From the NCBI RefSeq assembly GCF_009914755.1, contig NC_060927.1: a stretch of DNA of 64,000 nt. One strand, written 5' to 3'. Positions 29,028 through 47,955 of the stretch are shown piece by piece. The stretch comes from the human T2T-CHM13v2.0 reference genome, Homo sapiens. The notes under the pieces are model-generated. The model saw only the letters and a program-made list of their open reading frames with translations. It made no database searches and was not told the DNA's origin. The position numbers were made by a program, and so were the translations under genes. How positions within the stretch are numbered: position 1 is the first letter of the stretch; every line of letters begins with the position of its first letter.

Positions 29028-30589
29028 TAATCCAATGGCAATTTTTTGTCTAACAATTGGAGCAGCTAATTTTGTCTACATCATGTACAAATAGAAGATT
29101 GACTCTGAATCTTCCTGAAATTTTATAGGATATAAACATCAGATATGCAGTCATAACTGTTTGCTTTTGTGAGACTTCTGATTGTGCAAAACGCAGTGCT
29201 TGGTCAATTGAGAGCAGAACATAAACAAGATCCTGGAGGTGTCTATGGTCCAAGCTGAATTTTAAAGAACAAAAGGGCAAGAGGGAAGACAACTGGCCAA
29301 AATTCCCCAGACATCTTCACTGGGAGATTCAAATGTCTTTGCAAATTAGCCCTCAAACAGCAATGGGAAGGTGGTACTTAGCAACTACTGCTGTTACCAC
29401 ACCAGTGGTTAAACTGAAGTCTGTACCATTTAATATTGTGAGTCATGAAATAAAGGTGATATCTATAGAGATGTGTAAAAATAGGATCTAAAATTGGGAG
29501 GGAGGGGTAGCTGCCACTCAGAAGGTAAGAGCTGGTCTCAGAGTATACATCAGGAATAAGCACCAAGTGTTTGATCTCAGGAGGAAAACAAACACAAGTT
29601 ATGATAGATGACTATCATCAGGGGAAAAATGTGGTAGTCAAATAATTCTCAATGAATATAGGTGACATATCATTTTGTGAAAGTGCCATTATATTTTTAA
29701 GTGGTAAGAGGAGCTGGGTGTGCAAGAATTTCCCCATAATCCCCATCCTGAGCCTCGTCTTCACAAGGCACCAATGTGAGTAAGGCACCAACATTGTTTG
29801 GGCAACTAAACTAAGTGTGAAGCTGAGAAACATTACAGCAGTGAAAATTATTAGGCCCCTGGAAAACAAGAGCCATGAAGAATGGTTTAAGTGGGTGGAA
29901 TTATTTATCACTGAAATAAAAACACCAGGGGGATGACTTCACTGTGGTTTTTGAATACATGGAAGGTGACCAGCTGTTCTTTCTCCACTACAAGCCGAAC
30001 AAAAGGAAGCTGGCTTGAATTTCTCTAAGACATACAAAGAACTATCTGATCAGCAGGGTAGGTTACAGAATCTCCTTCTTATAAAATAAAGAATACCATC
30101 TACAGCCATATGTCTGGAATAATTCAGGCACAGCCCTGTCTGACACCAGGGGGAGAATATGCTAGATAATCTAAACTCTCTCCTAGTCCCTAAACTCTGA
30201 AACTGGAATCAAAGCCACTGGCTTGCAGTCAGATTTCCTTTTGTCTATTTTCACTCTGAGCCTGGAAAGGAGGTGATATGGCAAGGATGACCCAACACCC
30301 CATTTGGACTCCTAACTGATATCTCAGTATCAGGAAAAGCTTTTCTCTGTATACTGTTTCACACCTCCAAAACACAGTCAATTCACAGACCACTTAAAAC
30401 GGAAGATAATGCAAATACCTGGCTCTAATGGACGCTAGGAGGTTCCTTGCCTTACTCTCTACAACTGCCTGCTTTCCTAATCATGTCTTGGCCTATGCTC
30501 AGAATTGCACACCACCTGAAAAAAATTATGCCAAGAGCTAAAACTATAAACAAAGCCCTTTAGGTTGTGGAGTTTAAATGAAATTGTTA

Positions 30590-30960
<371 letters not shown>

Positions 30961-31147
30961 TTAAGACACTGTGAAATGTAAAGACGCAATCAAGACATGT
31001 CCAGTGCATTCAGAATCACGTCAAATTTCTTTGCGGGGGAGACTGGAGAAAGAAGCAATCTAACTACTGGCTGCATTTAGCAAGAGCATTTTCTGGTGGC
31101 ACCGTCTGTAATTACCATGAATGCCTTTCCTTCAAATCTTATAAAGC

Positions 31148-31470
31148 ACAGGTTAACAAACTGGTAGTCAGTGGACCAAATCAGGTCCATCCATGTCTTC
31201 TGCTGGGTCTAAATTCACTTGAATTTTAACTTAGTTGCCAATATTTTTTAAAATCAGAATTTTTCATATAAAAATCCAGATTGTCAGCTTTTCTTGAAAA
31301 ATGGGAAGATCAGGAAGTACTTCATGGCCACAGTCGACTGGAAAATTACCCACTGTGGGTGGAACAGGGGCGCTTCAGTTTGCCACAGTCCCCACCATTC
31401 CCTATTGCTGACACAGACAAAGTATATTAATTACCATTTATCATCACACTGCTGTTTTCCTTATACCTCA
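31148..31470 (+). mobile_element. hAT-Charlie DNA transposon relic (MER102/Charlie4-like) in IL17RD 3'UTR
   Basis: tagttgccaatattttt...ttcatataaaaatccagatt...cagtttgccacagtcccccaccattccctattg; related copies at ~52500 and ~58000. Confidence 0.6.
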
Positions 31471-34400
31471 CCTGCTATACTGGTGACCACTGAAGGTATA
31501 AGATCTGCTAAATAAGAGCAGTAGTAGTCTTCACCAATAGAAAATAAAAAAGACTAGTAACCTTCACATTGGCATTGCCCATTTCTCTTCAATAAAGACA
31601 GAAATAATATTTTCTCTCTTCTTCAGGGAGCCAAATTAGTGTTGAAGTTGGGGGGCCAGAGAGTTTTCTTTCTTTTGGGAGAAGGGTGTGTCATTTTTCC
31701 TCAAGGAATAAAATTGGTCCTCTTGCCCCTTATTTCTTTTAAAAGAAAAGATGCTCAACTCTGAAAAAAAGGCTCTGAAAATCATGTAACCCCACATTTT
31801 TTGAAGGACAGTCTTCCTGCTTATTTGCACTCAAGATACTATTATTTGCTCAAGATACTATTATCTGGCTGGGTCACCATCTGAATACCTGGGCCTGGAC
31901 TGGAATGACTTCTGACTCTTTCTGGAGATCAATTGCCTCAAAGGCCCAAGACAGCCCTCTGGAGGAGCTTTGGCACCTTGTATGGCTGGGCTGAGTCTGT
32001 TGAGGTGGTCTCTGTTGAGGTGGTCTCTGTTGCTTGTAGCCAATCTCTGAGAAGGCACACCTTTACCTGAGCTTTAACCTCCTTGATCACTCTCCTGGCA
32101 AAGCTGATGACATCAGATGCTAAGTCCTTTCTGTAGCTCATTGGTAAGTTAAGATGAACAACTAGCACTCTACCTTCAGCTACCCGCAGGCTTCTTGGTT
32201 TTCCTGGAAACCTGGACTTATCCCTGGTCTCTTTTCTAGAGGACATTGTCTAACCTATCTACACAAGCCTTTTACTCTCAGGATCAAGGCCTCTCATGGA
32301 GATCATCCTGTTTTCCATTTCTTGTTTCCATAATATCTAAAAGCCTGTGACTTGGCAGAACGTTTTTCTGAATTTCATCTTATATCCACCGTCTGGGACA
32401 ATTTCTGAGTCAAAAAATGCAGCTTTGCTTAAAACAGATGTTTTGCCGTAATCTGCAGGGCAACGATTCCCATTTCTAGCATACTGGGGAGAGTAGAAAA
32501 AGTGAAACTAATTAAACAAAACTAGGAAGTTGGACTTCTCAATTTATTCTGAGGCAATCACACTATGGTTTCATTACTCGGTATATTAAGAGTTTGATTT
32601 TATTGATCAGAAACATTAGTATTTCAACATAAGTATCAAAACCCTAAATCCAAACTAAAACATCCCGATTTTTTAACTAGCACTCTCTTTTTCTCTTCCA
32701 TTTTCTTAAGGAGTGAGTTCACATAGCAAGCTCTCTGCCCACACACCCTTGGAGCTCAGTTAATGCTTCTCCTCCCAGTCCTCCATTCTCTCCCTGGGGC
32801 CACTTTCTCAGAGATGCCTTATTTCATGAACAAAGCTGAATACCCTAAAAGCGACTCCTAATGGTTCCTCTGGGACAGGAAACATCTCTTGGCCTCAATA
32901 AGAAATCTCTCATCATGTTCCAAGTGAATTTTCGTATGTTAGCAAGTTTGGACTAACCAATCTCCTTCACAGAATGCCTAGGATGAAATGGCGGGGCAGT
33001 CATGTGTGGGTAGGAGCTCTGCACTCATTCCAGATTCCATAGGAACAACATAAAATGACTCTTCTCTGAGTTGCCTGTTGTTATGGGGAGGCAGTCTTGC
33101 AGCTCACTGTCTCTCCCTCAGAGCAGCTGCAAGAAACTTGATGCCAGAGAACAGACGAGCACGTTCTTTTCCCAAAAAGCTGCCAGCTGCCTTTACAGAG
33201 CAGTGAGTATGACATTTGCATCAGAAATATACACAAACCTTTTCTTTCCAGCAGGGGTGCAAGCCCCCCTTTCCCCACCTGCCATGCATGTGCTTGGAAG
33301 GGAAAGTCCTGCCCCATCCCACCTCCCACCTTGCCTCAGGATGTTTCTCAACATACCCCTTCATGTTGGTCTTATCTGACGAAGAAGTGAAAACCACATT
33401 CCCTGGGCTGAATGCTGAGAAAACGGGTGCCAAAATCTAACAGCACCCATGAGAAAGGTAGTGAGAGATGTACACACCTGCTCTAAGGCACAGGGAGAAG
33501 GGTTTCCACAGGGGAGACCAAGACAGCATTCATTACACACATGCTAATCATCAGATGGGATGTGAACAATTGTTTTTTCTTTAGAAATAGAAACTCTGTA
33601 GAAAGTCATTCATAAAAATGGAACATTTACTTTTGTGACTATCACCTCCATTCTACCATCTTAAAAAGAGGTTTGTCATTAGTCAAAACCAGTTCAGCAG
33701 ATTAACTGGCCATCACCTCCACACACTGCTGTATTTCAGTGAATTGTGATCCCTAATATTCAGGACACAGCTTTAGACCAGAAGGCCAACCAAAGCACGA
33801 ACTGCAACTTCCAATAATACAGACCAGCTGGGTAGCAGTCTCTTAAGAATAAACTTCCAGACACCAACATCTGAGATACAGCACAGTAAATGTAACCCAT
33901 GGAAACAGCAGGCAGATCTGGCCCCCACATGATGCCTACTCAGACCAAGAGGAGGCTGTGTGTGCTGAGGTCCTGGGGCCTTCTGCACGATGACCAACCT
34001 ATCTCAAGTGGAACGGTCAAGACGGTCAGCCTGGCCCCGTGAGCTTCACCTCAATCAGTCATGCCACCCAGTAACACAGAGACTCATTTCATAAAAGGTG
34101 ACTGTATATTCAGTCACTTTCTTGACTTTTGACTCAAAGCTTATTTAACACCCATGGCAATGTAAATTCTACATCAAAAATAAATGAGAACATTATCTGC
34201 AATACAACATGGATTCCAGATAGACTGGCACTTGATTTCTGTGGCTATGATGTTAAAAGTGCCTTTTTTCACAAAGCATTTCAAATCAAGGTAGCCAATA
34301 GCAAACAGGCAAAGTTTGCAGAGCTCAATGAAGTCTGAATGATTAGTGCAGGTATCTTCCTGTTTTTCTTTACATATTTCCTCCCTACCTCCCACAACAG

Positions 34401-34674
34401 GCTCTGATCCAAGGACTAACCAAATTTGGCAAGCTGTTGTCAGACCTTATGGACATGCCTTTCAGAGCTCCATATCATTTTAGAAAATTGGAGAGTTTGT
34501 CAAGATATCCGGTAAAGGGTTGGGGCAAGGGAGAACAAGTACTGGCCAGCATTTCACTCCAAATATCCTTGTATGAGACCTCAGCTCCAAGTGGGCCATG
34601 CAACCAGGGAGATGAGCTGGGGAATCAGAGGGAGGCAGCAGCTAAAGTGGCAATGCTTAGACTCTTTCGTTTTG

Positions 34675-35303
<629 letters not shown>

Positions 35304-35535
35304 GTCAAGGGTTTGTATGCATGACTCCAACTAGTTACAGACATGGTAAGGGACAGCCTGAGATGGCATCTACCTGATGCTCCCTGCAGAAGTAGGCCTT
35401 CCTAGAGAGCCCTCATACCTGGGACCCTATGCTGAAGGATAGAAAGAATACTGTACCCATGAATCCCAGACTCAATGAATGTAGCTTTAAAGACAATGGG
35501 GGCGGGGGGTGTGAACATTACAGGTCTAAAAAAGA

Positions 35536-36841
<1,306 letters not shown>

Positions 36842-37859
36842 TCACCCATACAGAAGGCTCGGGAAGAGGCTCGGGAAGTGAGTAACAGGAAGGGAAATGT
36901 CAGAAGGAGGCCATCTCATCTGCCCCTTAACCCTTATTAGCACAGCTATGTGCAGGCTCCAGGTTACACCATACCAAGGAACAGCTAAAGTTCCGTGGGT
37001 GATGGTCACACCCTAGTCCCTCTGCAAAAACTTGCCATCCATCCATTTTTGTATCACATGGAGTCATTACCACTCCTGCCCTACAAGTGAGGGGACAGAA
37101 GCGCAGTGCTTTTGGCACCTTGCCCAAGTCACACCCTACATAGGATATCCTCAAGGAAGCAACAGGTGGTAGAGAGCACAGGACAGAGAAACTGAGGTTG
37201 GTTGATCTGGTGAGTGAGGTGCCTAGATTGGAGGGGCAGATTCTGGAGAGAAGGCTGGCAGGCTCTGAGAGGAGGATGTGGATGAGTGACTCCAAAGTGA
37301 GCTGGGAGATGGGGCTCAGGCCTGGATGCCAGTCACCCACAATTATAGGTGACTCACATCCAGACAGTGACTGACAAAGGGGACCTATCTCAACACTCTC
37401 ATAGCCTCAGGCTCACCTATGTTGTTTACTAGTTGGTCCATGGCTGGAGAGGAGGCTAGTGAACTGCATTAACATGGTCATTCTGAGTAACTCACTCAGG
37501 ACTGGCTAGCACCTTCCTCTATGGCTTCACACAGGTATACAAGGCTACATCTCTACAAGGCTGGTAATTGACAAAGCTTTACCCCCAAAGGCGGTCTGGT
37601 AGAGAGACTGTGGGCGTGGCTGACAAAGGAGAGAAAAATCAGACATGTGTGGCCCCTTAGAGGACTTCACCTTCTCAGACCACTTTTACCTAATTCTACC
37701 AGAAACATCTCTTGGTTATTGTGTTGATGTCTTTCCTTCTGTAGTTATTAATTCCCAATGGCTATGACGAAACACAGCAGCCACACTATCTTACAGGGAA
37801 GGGCATTCTGAAACGACTTTGTTCTCCTCTTCTGCTCTAAGATGTTACCAATGGGGAAA

Positions 37860-38370
37860 AAGCCCCAACATCCATCCACTTGCTGAAAATAACCCTGAAT
37901 TGTCTTATACTTTCCTTAATTCTTGTTAACATTACACATGCTAAAAGCTCAGTGGGAGTATATACCAAGCATTTTTTAAATGTTTCTATCTTTGACCCAG
38001 CAATTCCATTTCCAGGCATCTTTCTTGGGAAATCATCACAAATGGGACAATATTGAACCACTGAGATGTTTAATATTTGTATTAACTCAGTTATGGCAAA
38101 TCAATATGGAGGATCATGTAGCTATTTAAAATTGCAGTTGACATATAACTACTAATAGTGTAAAAAATTATTAAGAGACTGCAAAAAATCATTTCAATCA
38201 GCCCCAAAGGCAAAACTGTACGTGTGAGTTCACCTATATGGAAAAAGACTGGAAGGAAATAAACCACACATGAAATATGAGTTCCTCTTTCTAAGATTTT
38301 CCTTAATCAGTTTGGGATTCCAGACAATGTTTTATTTATCATCCTTTTCTAGTTCCAAATTTTCTACAGT
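37860..38370 (+). mobile_element. Very old L1 (L1ME-like) 3' fragment
   Basis: ctttgacccagcaattccatttccagg...gaaaaagactggaaggaaata. Confidence 0.6.
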
Positions 38371-38564
38371 AACTATTACACTAATAACTGGAAGAGCGTT
38401 TTCCCCAGAGGCTAAATACTTGTGAAGTAGAGCAAACTTGGTTGCCCGTGGTATCTGAAAACTGTGTGCCATTGGCTAGAGTGCAGTTATTTTTCAGCAT
38501 GTGCTGATCCACCAACCTCACGCTTTCATGCAGAGGGAAACTAGGCTAGCGTAGTATGTTATGT

Positions 38565-38581
38565 TGACACTAGGGGGCAGC
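38565..38581 (+). promoter_or_regulatory. Candidate CTCF site in IL17RD intron 11
   Basis: TGACACTAGGGGGCAGC closely matches the CTCF core CCACYAGRKGGCRS. Confidence 0.55.
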
Positions 38582-39352
38582 CTCACCACATGGAGAGATT
38601 CTGAAAAACATGCCAATGGGCAGTTTCAAAGCAAAAACAACTTCCAATCACACAGTTATTGTACAGTTCTTGCATTTTCAAGAAACAGGGTATGTCTTGC
38701 ATGAGAGTTTCAGACTTCACTCTAAAAATGTACATTCTGACATTATAGAAAAGCATATTAATAAGATATTAATAACTCAAGAGAACAGCTAAGAAACCAG
38801 AGCAGATCATTTCAGTGCTTGACAAAATATTGTTTTCTGGGAGTGCTCCCTTCCTACCTCCCTGTTCTCTCTGGCCAGTGCCGTCTCCTGCATCATGAGT
38901 TTCTCCCTGTCTATGATTCCACCAGTCAATGGTCAAACAGCTTCACAGAGCCCTTCGTTTATCACTTCTCCCTGGACCTCAAGATCCCCTCTAATGGCAG
39001 CCCCGTCCTTCATTCCCCTTCTCAGCAGAACTCCTCCAAACAATTGTGCGAACTCACTGCTTTACTTGCCACTCTCTCTTTGACTCTCCAAGTGGGGCTT
39101 CTGTCCTGAACATGCTCACTAGGATGTCATGAGTGACACCCCTCAACTCCAATTGCATGTTTCCACGGAAGCTACTGGTCTTCTTAATGCTTACAAAACT
39201 TCCTGCCAGGTGGGTGCCACTCAAAGCTTTAGAGCAGGAGTTTGTCAGAGTTAGAACTAAGTATTATGAAATATTTAGTGCTGGTGATGGGTAAGACAGA
39301 CTGAAAAAAGAGTGCGAGACTATCCCCAGTTTGAAAGCTGTGGCACTAGTCA

Positions 39353-39694
<342 letters not shown>

Positions 39695-40259
39695 CTATTT
39701 CCTAAGAATTGAAACCCAGTGCTATCTTCAAGAAAGAACACGTCTACCTAGAGCAGTCCCATTCCCCAACTGCATCAGCCCCCTCTGATCATCACTTGGA
39801 ATGGGACAGCTGATTTCCGCAGTGGAGCAACGAATGGTCAAAAATTGTTCTTTACCTGAAATTGATCTTGGATAAACTAAGAAATGCTGCAGGGGTCACC
39901 CTGGTTAGCAGAGCGCTACCTTAGTTAGCAGAGTGCCCAGAACTGGCTCTTGCAGCCAAGTGCACCTAGTAGACCAATTAAGCACAGGCAGAGCTGATTT
40001 TTTTAAAAAGTTTTTATCGATGTAAAATTTACAAAAGTAAAGTACATAAATCTTAAGTGTACATCTCAGTGAATTTTTATGGAAGTATATAACTGTGTAA
40101 TCCTCACCCAGACCAAGCTATGGATCATTTCCAACTCCTCAGAAGGCTGTCTCATGGTGACTTTTGTAAATGACCAAGCCCTACCTATATCCTTACTTAT
40201 ACTTCAGGCTTCCTTTATGACCCTGAATTTACTATCCTATCATTGAAAATAGAATTATG

Positions 40260-40556
40260 GGCCAGATGCAGTGTCTCATGCCTGTAATCCCAGCACTTTG
40301 GGAGGCTGAGGCAGGAGGAATGCTTGAGCTTAGGAGTTCAAGACCAGCCTAGGCAACATAGTGAGACCCCATGACTACAAAAAAAATTTTTTTTTAAAAT
40401 TAGCCAGGCATGGTGGTGCATGCCTGTAGTCCCCAGCTACCTCAGGGGGCTGAAGTGGGAGGATGGCCTAAGCCTGGGAAGTCGAGCCTGCAGTGAGCTA
40501 TGACTGTGCCACTGCACTCTAGCCTGGGCAACAGAGCGAGACCCTGTCCCAAGAAA
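40260..40556 (+). mobile_element. AluJ-like
   Basis: Alu dimer. Confidence 0.88.
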
Positions 40557-40601
40557 CAGATATATAATGATACCTGTTTTTTTTAGTGGCTCCTGAGGTT
40601 A

Positions 40602-40880
<279 letters not shown>

Positions 40881-41371
40881 TCAAAGGGAAAGTTTTTAAA
40901 CTTAAGCAGTGTAAAGGTTCAAAGAGAAACAACTTTTTTTCTTTTTAAACATAAGCCGCATAACAGGTTCTAGGACCATGCAACCACCTTTCTCTAGTGT
41001 GGTTTGGTGATTTAAAAAGGATTCAAAGGTTCATATTTAAAGAGTTGCAAAGAACAATTCAACAGTTAAGAGTCAGGCTGGGACATAAAATACCTTTGAG
41101 TGAGAATTTTGCCTAAGGAAATCTCCCCTCCCACCACTTTTCTTCAGAGGACAATTGACTATTTATCTAGTCCGAGCTACACACACCAAACTGGCTTTAA
41201 TCTTCCAGGTTATAAACATTAGAATGGAAGAAAAGTCAGATTTGATGGAACATCATTTAAGAGAGAGGAGCCAAATTTTGTTTTGTTTCTGTAAATCATG
41301 AAGTACAGAGAGTATCACATACCTTGGTCTATAGTAGTCTAGGGCCAAATTTCAAACAAAAAAGCACCTAC

Positions 41372-41426
41372 CTGGCTTTAAGGCATAATGCATCACTTTT
41401 CTTGTTGTGTTAGTGTCATCCACCAG
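41372..41426 (-). CDS. IL17RD: IL17RD exon 9 (55 nt; LVDDTNTTRKVMHYALKP)
   Basis: tttgcag|CTG acceptor, CAG|gtagg donor. Confidence 0.95.
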
Positions 41427-41974
41427 CTGCAAAACAGAGGATGCTGCATTATTTTTTTTTAAAGTGATATATACCAGGTAAGTGGAAAAAAATGGTAATT
41501 TCATTCATCTTTTCCATCAGTGGGCAGTGCGGGAAGGGGTGGGAAGCAAGCAGTGGAGAATGGCTGAGTTTTGGAAAAGAATGGCTGAGACTAGGCATCA
41601 TGTGTACTCAGGTTCATCTCTGCTTTACCAACTCGAAACTCTAAGTTCATCATGTTTTCTTTTATTAATCAAAAGGCTGTGTATTCATTGAAGAAGTCAG
41701 CTGGTGAGTCCCAAGTTCTAATAATGCTCAATTAAACTGGCATCCTTCCACTGATTTTACTGGGCCTCCATTAATGCTTTAAGAAGGTGTATCAGTCAAA
41801 AACCACACACTGCTTCCAAGGAGTGCAAGAACTAGGTGTTTCTACCAAAATGTTAAGACATGTTGGTTGTCTTTGAATGGTGGCACTATGGACAAATTGT
41901 TAATTTCCTTTTCTATTTTCCTTATACTCTTATTATTTGTAGTACCAATTTGATACAGGAAAAGGTAATCTTAA

Positions 41975-42184
<210 letters not shown>

Positions 42185-42583
42185 TGAAACATTACATTTA
42201 CATGTTCTTTGAAGTGGTGTTTAGAATTCATTTATACATACATAGAAGAATAGCAACAGAAACTTAGAGAAGTATAGGCAAAATGGGCATAACTTATTTT
42301 GCTGTTTTCATACTAAAACAAAAAAAATTTAAGCTAAAATCTTAAAAATATATCTTTGTAGTATTAAGGAATACTAGAGATTTTAAACCATGGTTATATA
42401 TGGACCATATGATTACATAAAAATATTTGTTTGAAATATTTAATGAAGAGATCAAAAATCAATTATATATAAACTTTTTTTAAAAGCATGTTAAGAACCA
42501 TATAAAAATATAACTGTGCACACCTTCAATAGCTTGAAATTTTAGTGTTGTAAACAGTTGGAATTCTATATGAACTGGGTTCA

Positions 42584-42718
<135 letters not shown>

Positions 42719-43329
42719 TCACTTCTTGGGCAAAGGTCTTCAGGACACCTCTTCTCCCCCAGAGCTGAAGGAGACTTGCCACCAGTCTCAACCACAGTTT
42801 TCAGAAAATGTGATTAGATCGAAAAGCAACTGTGTTTATCTGCCACATGTTATCTGAACTTCCCTTTGATAAAAGGCCCAGGACAGCCCAGGACCCTTGC
42901 CATAGTCTATGCTTAGCTGGTGGCACCCTCAGCAGGAATATTTGATTTGAAGACAAAGAAACTGGTTTGAACAACCTTTACTTAATAAAAGGGTGAGGAA
43001 AGAAATTACCAGTCTGTGTTTATACATATTTTATTTGCCATAATTTTAACATGAGCAGGAGGTCAAAGACCTTGATAGAGATGAGAGCCAGCAAGGAGAG
43101 CAAACTATGACAGAACCTGACATACACAGGAGCATGTCTAAGGAGGTACTGGGCTTTGCCACCACGACCAAAAACTTTCTTGGTATCCACAGAGGCAATC
43201 AGACAGTCCTGTGAACATCCATGAAACGGTTTCCACTCTTCTGACCACTCCCAGTTTAAAGGCTGGGTTACTTAGTTTCTATTTAACCTTGGCCTATTTG
43301 TAAAATCAGTAGCCACTGAGTTATCAGTG

Positions 43330-43870
<541 letters not shown>

Positions 43871-44101
43871 TCATACATATATATGAACAAATGAGAAATA
43901 CTTCTTGTTTATTCCTTGGCAATACTGTTACCAGGCTATATCACCACCAGGACAGCTGGGTTACAGATAACTAGGGAATGAAGGACAGTGGCAAGATGGC
44001 CCTGAGACATGCCCAATGATTACATTCTCAAGTATCTACCAACCACTGAGAGCCAACAAAGCCTAATGCTCACATTGAGCAACCCAAATTCCAGTGGCCT
44101 A

Positions 44102-44341
<240 letters not shown>

Positions 44342-44405
44342 CTACCCTAACACCATCATAGTGGCGATACTTTGAAACTTGATAGATAAGAACACTATTA
44401 CTTAC

Positions 44406-44450
44406 AGGGTTTACAAGCTAGATTGTCCGGCTGTAACAACAGGTCACAGG
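44406..44450 (-). CDS. IL17RD: IL17RD exon 6 (45 nt; ACDLLLQPDNLACKP)
   Basis: aatag|CC acceptor, CCT|gtaag donor; read by eye, frame joins exons 5 and 7. Confidence 0.95.
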
Positions 44451-45392
44451 CTATTAAGAGAATAAAGATACATGTTTTTAGTTTTAGGACAGTTAGACAT
44501 TTTCCTCTCCCAACAACCCAATGAAATATAAAGATACTGTGCCGGGTGATGCTAGAAAAGGTATAAAATACATCAATTCAATGAGGATTTTCACTACTGT
44601 GCAGTTGTATCTTATGAAAATTTAAATGGTATAATATAAAAATATTAATGCAGTTCACTTTATGCCACATAAATGGTAACAATGTAAAGTCACCCAGATT
44701 TTAAAAGCTTGTCAGGCATTACATAATTTCAAGGCTGGTAGCCAAGGGCAGCAGAGCTATGTTCATGCTACAGTCACATGGAGGCTCTGTTTCAGCTGTA
44801 AACAGAAATGATGCTGGCCCCTACCCCACTGTGGAGATGTTTAGACACAAGAGAACTTTGGAGTGGTCCTGGTAACTGCTGCAGGATTATTTTAACCTTC
44901 ACTAGTATTCTAATTTAAGATGCTTTTGATGGTTTCTTGAAATTACATGCAGGCATATAAGTAGTAGTGTCAGCACTGAAAACCAGGTACCAAAGCCAAT
45001 AGCTTTGAAACAGAATCTAAACGCAATAAAAACACAATGAGAGAGGCCAAACAGCTAGTCCACTGTGCCATGCTGCTTGCTAACCCAGGGAGAGTCTCCA
45101 TATAATGCCAAGAAAACTGAAGGCAGCATCAAAACCACAGTGCACTGAAATGGTTATAAATGTTTGCATTCCAGGAACACACCCCCTGCCTCCACCTTAC
45201 CCCCAAAAAGATACATTGATTCTATGCCAACGGGAAAAATTCATCTTAAATTACACTAATTTTGATTTAGGTGAGGCTTTCATAAACACATTCTTTGAAT
45301 CTTCTATCTGGTTATTATGTGCAAGTCATCTAGAGATGATGTGACATACACATGGTCTTTGCCGTATGGAATTTTATTTTAAGAATTATGAG

Positions 45393-45692
45393 GGCCGGGC
45401 GCGGTGGCTCATGCCTGTAATCCCAGCACTTTGGGAGGCTGAGGCGGGTGGATCATGAGATCAGGAGATCAAGACCATCCTGGCTAACATGGTGAAACCC
45501 CGTTTCTACTAAAAATACAAAAAAATTAGCTGGACATGGTGGCGGGCACCTGTAGTCCCAGCTACTCAGGAGGCTGAGTCAGGAGAATGGCGTGAACCCC
45601 GGAGGCGGAGCTTGCAGTGAGCCGAGATCATGCCACTGCACTCCAGCCTGGGCGACAGAGCGAAACTCCATCTCGAAAAAAGAAAAAAAAAA
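45393..45692 (+). mobile_element. AluY-like
   Basis: Alu dimer, TSD AATTATGA. Confidence 0.9.
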
Positions 45693-46288
45693 TTATGAAA
45701 TCAATTGTTAAAATAACTGCTGCGTAGAAAACAACCACAATAAGAATTCTGCAGAGGGCAACATTGATGTAGGCTGGAGTTGTGAACAGAAACATCACAA
45801 TGGATGAGGGCTGCAACCAGACCTCACAGGAGGGGATGTTGGACAGGACTGACCATCCAAGGCCTTGAATGACAGAAAGACTGATCAGGAAGGCAAGAAG
45901 GAGCTGCTGCCTGTTCCAGGGCGACCAGCCACCAAAGTTTGAAAGCAGCAACTCAGGAAGATTAAAGAGATAACCTGTACAGAACAGAAGGTGAACAGAC
46001 CCAGCACAGTGGGTGGTTGAGTTCAGAGCATGGATTCCAGAGTCAGACTTCTGGGGTTCAAATCCAACTCCCGGCAAGCCCTTCACCTTCTCTGTGTGGG
46101 ATTCGGCATCTAGTAAGTGGGGATGGTACGACTAAATTCTTTGTAGGGTTGTCACAGAGGGTATTTGGAGTTAATATTTGGAATGCCTTTAGAACAGGGC
46201 CTGGCACATGGACATTAAATAAACAGAACTTTCTAGAAAATAATTTTCTTAATCTAGTCCTGAAAATGACAGGCCACCCTCCTGATAA

Positions 46289-47242
<954 letters not shown>

Positions 47243-47431
47243 TAATGCAGACTGTCTTAGCGGTGGTCACAGCACCCTCAAAAATATCAACTGTCAGGTC
47301 TGTTCTAGAACAAGCCAGGAGTGGGTCTATCCGGTTAGATGAGCAGTGTCTATACCTAACCTTAATTCTAAAAAGTGTTTTTCTGGATGCTTTTCTCCTT
47401 GCCATGCTTGTTTCATACCAGTATTTGGCAT

Positions 47432-47955
<524 letters not shown>

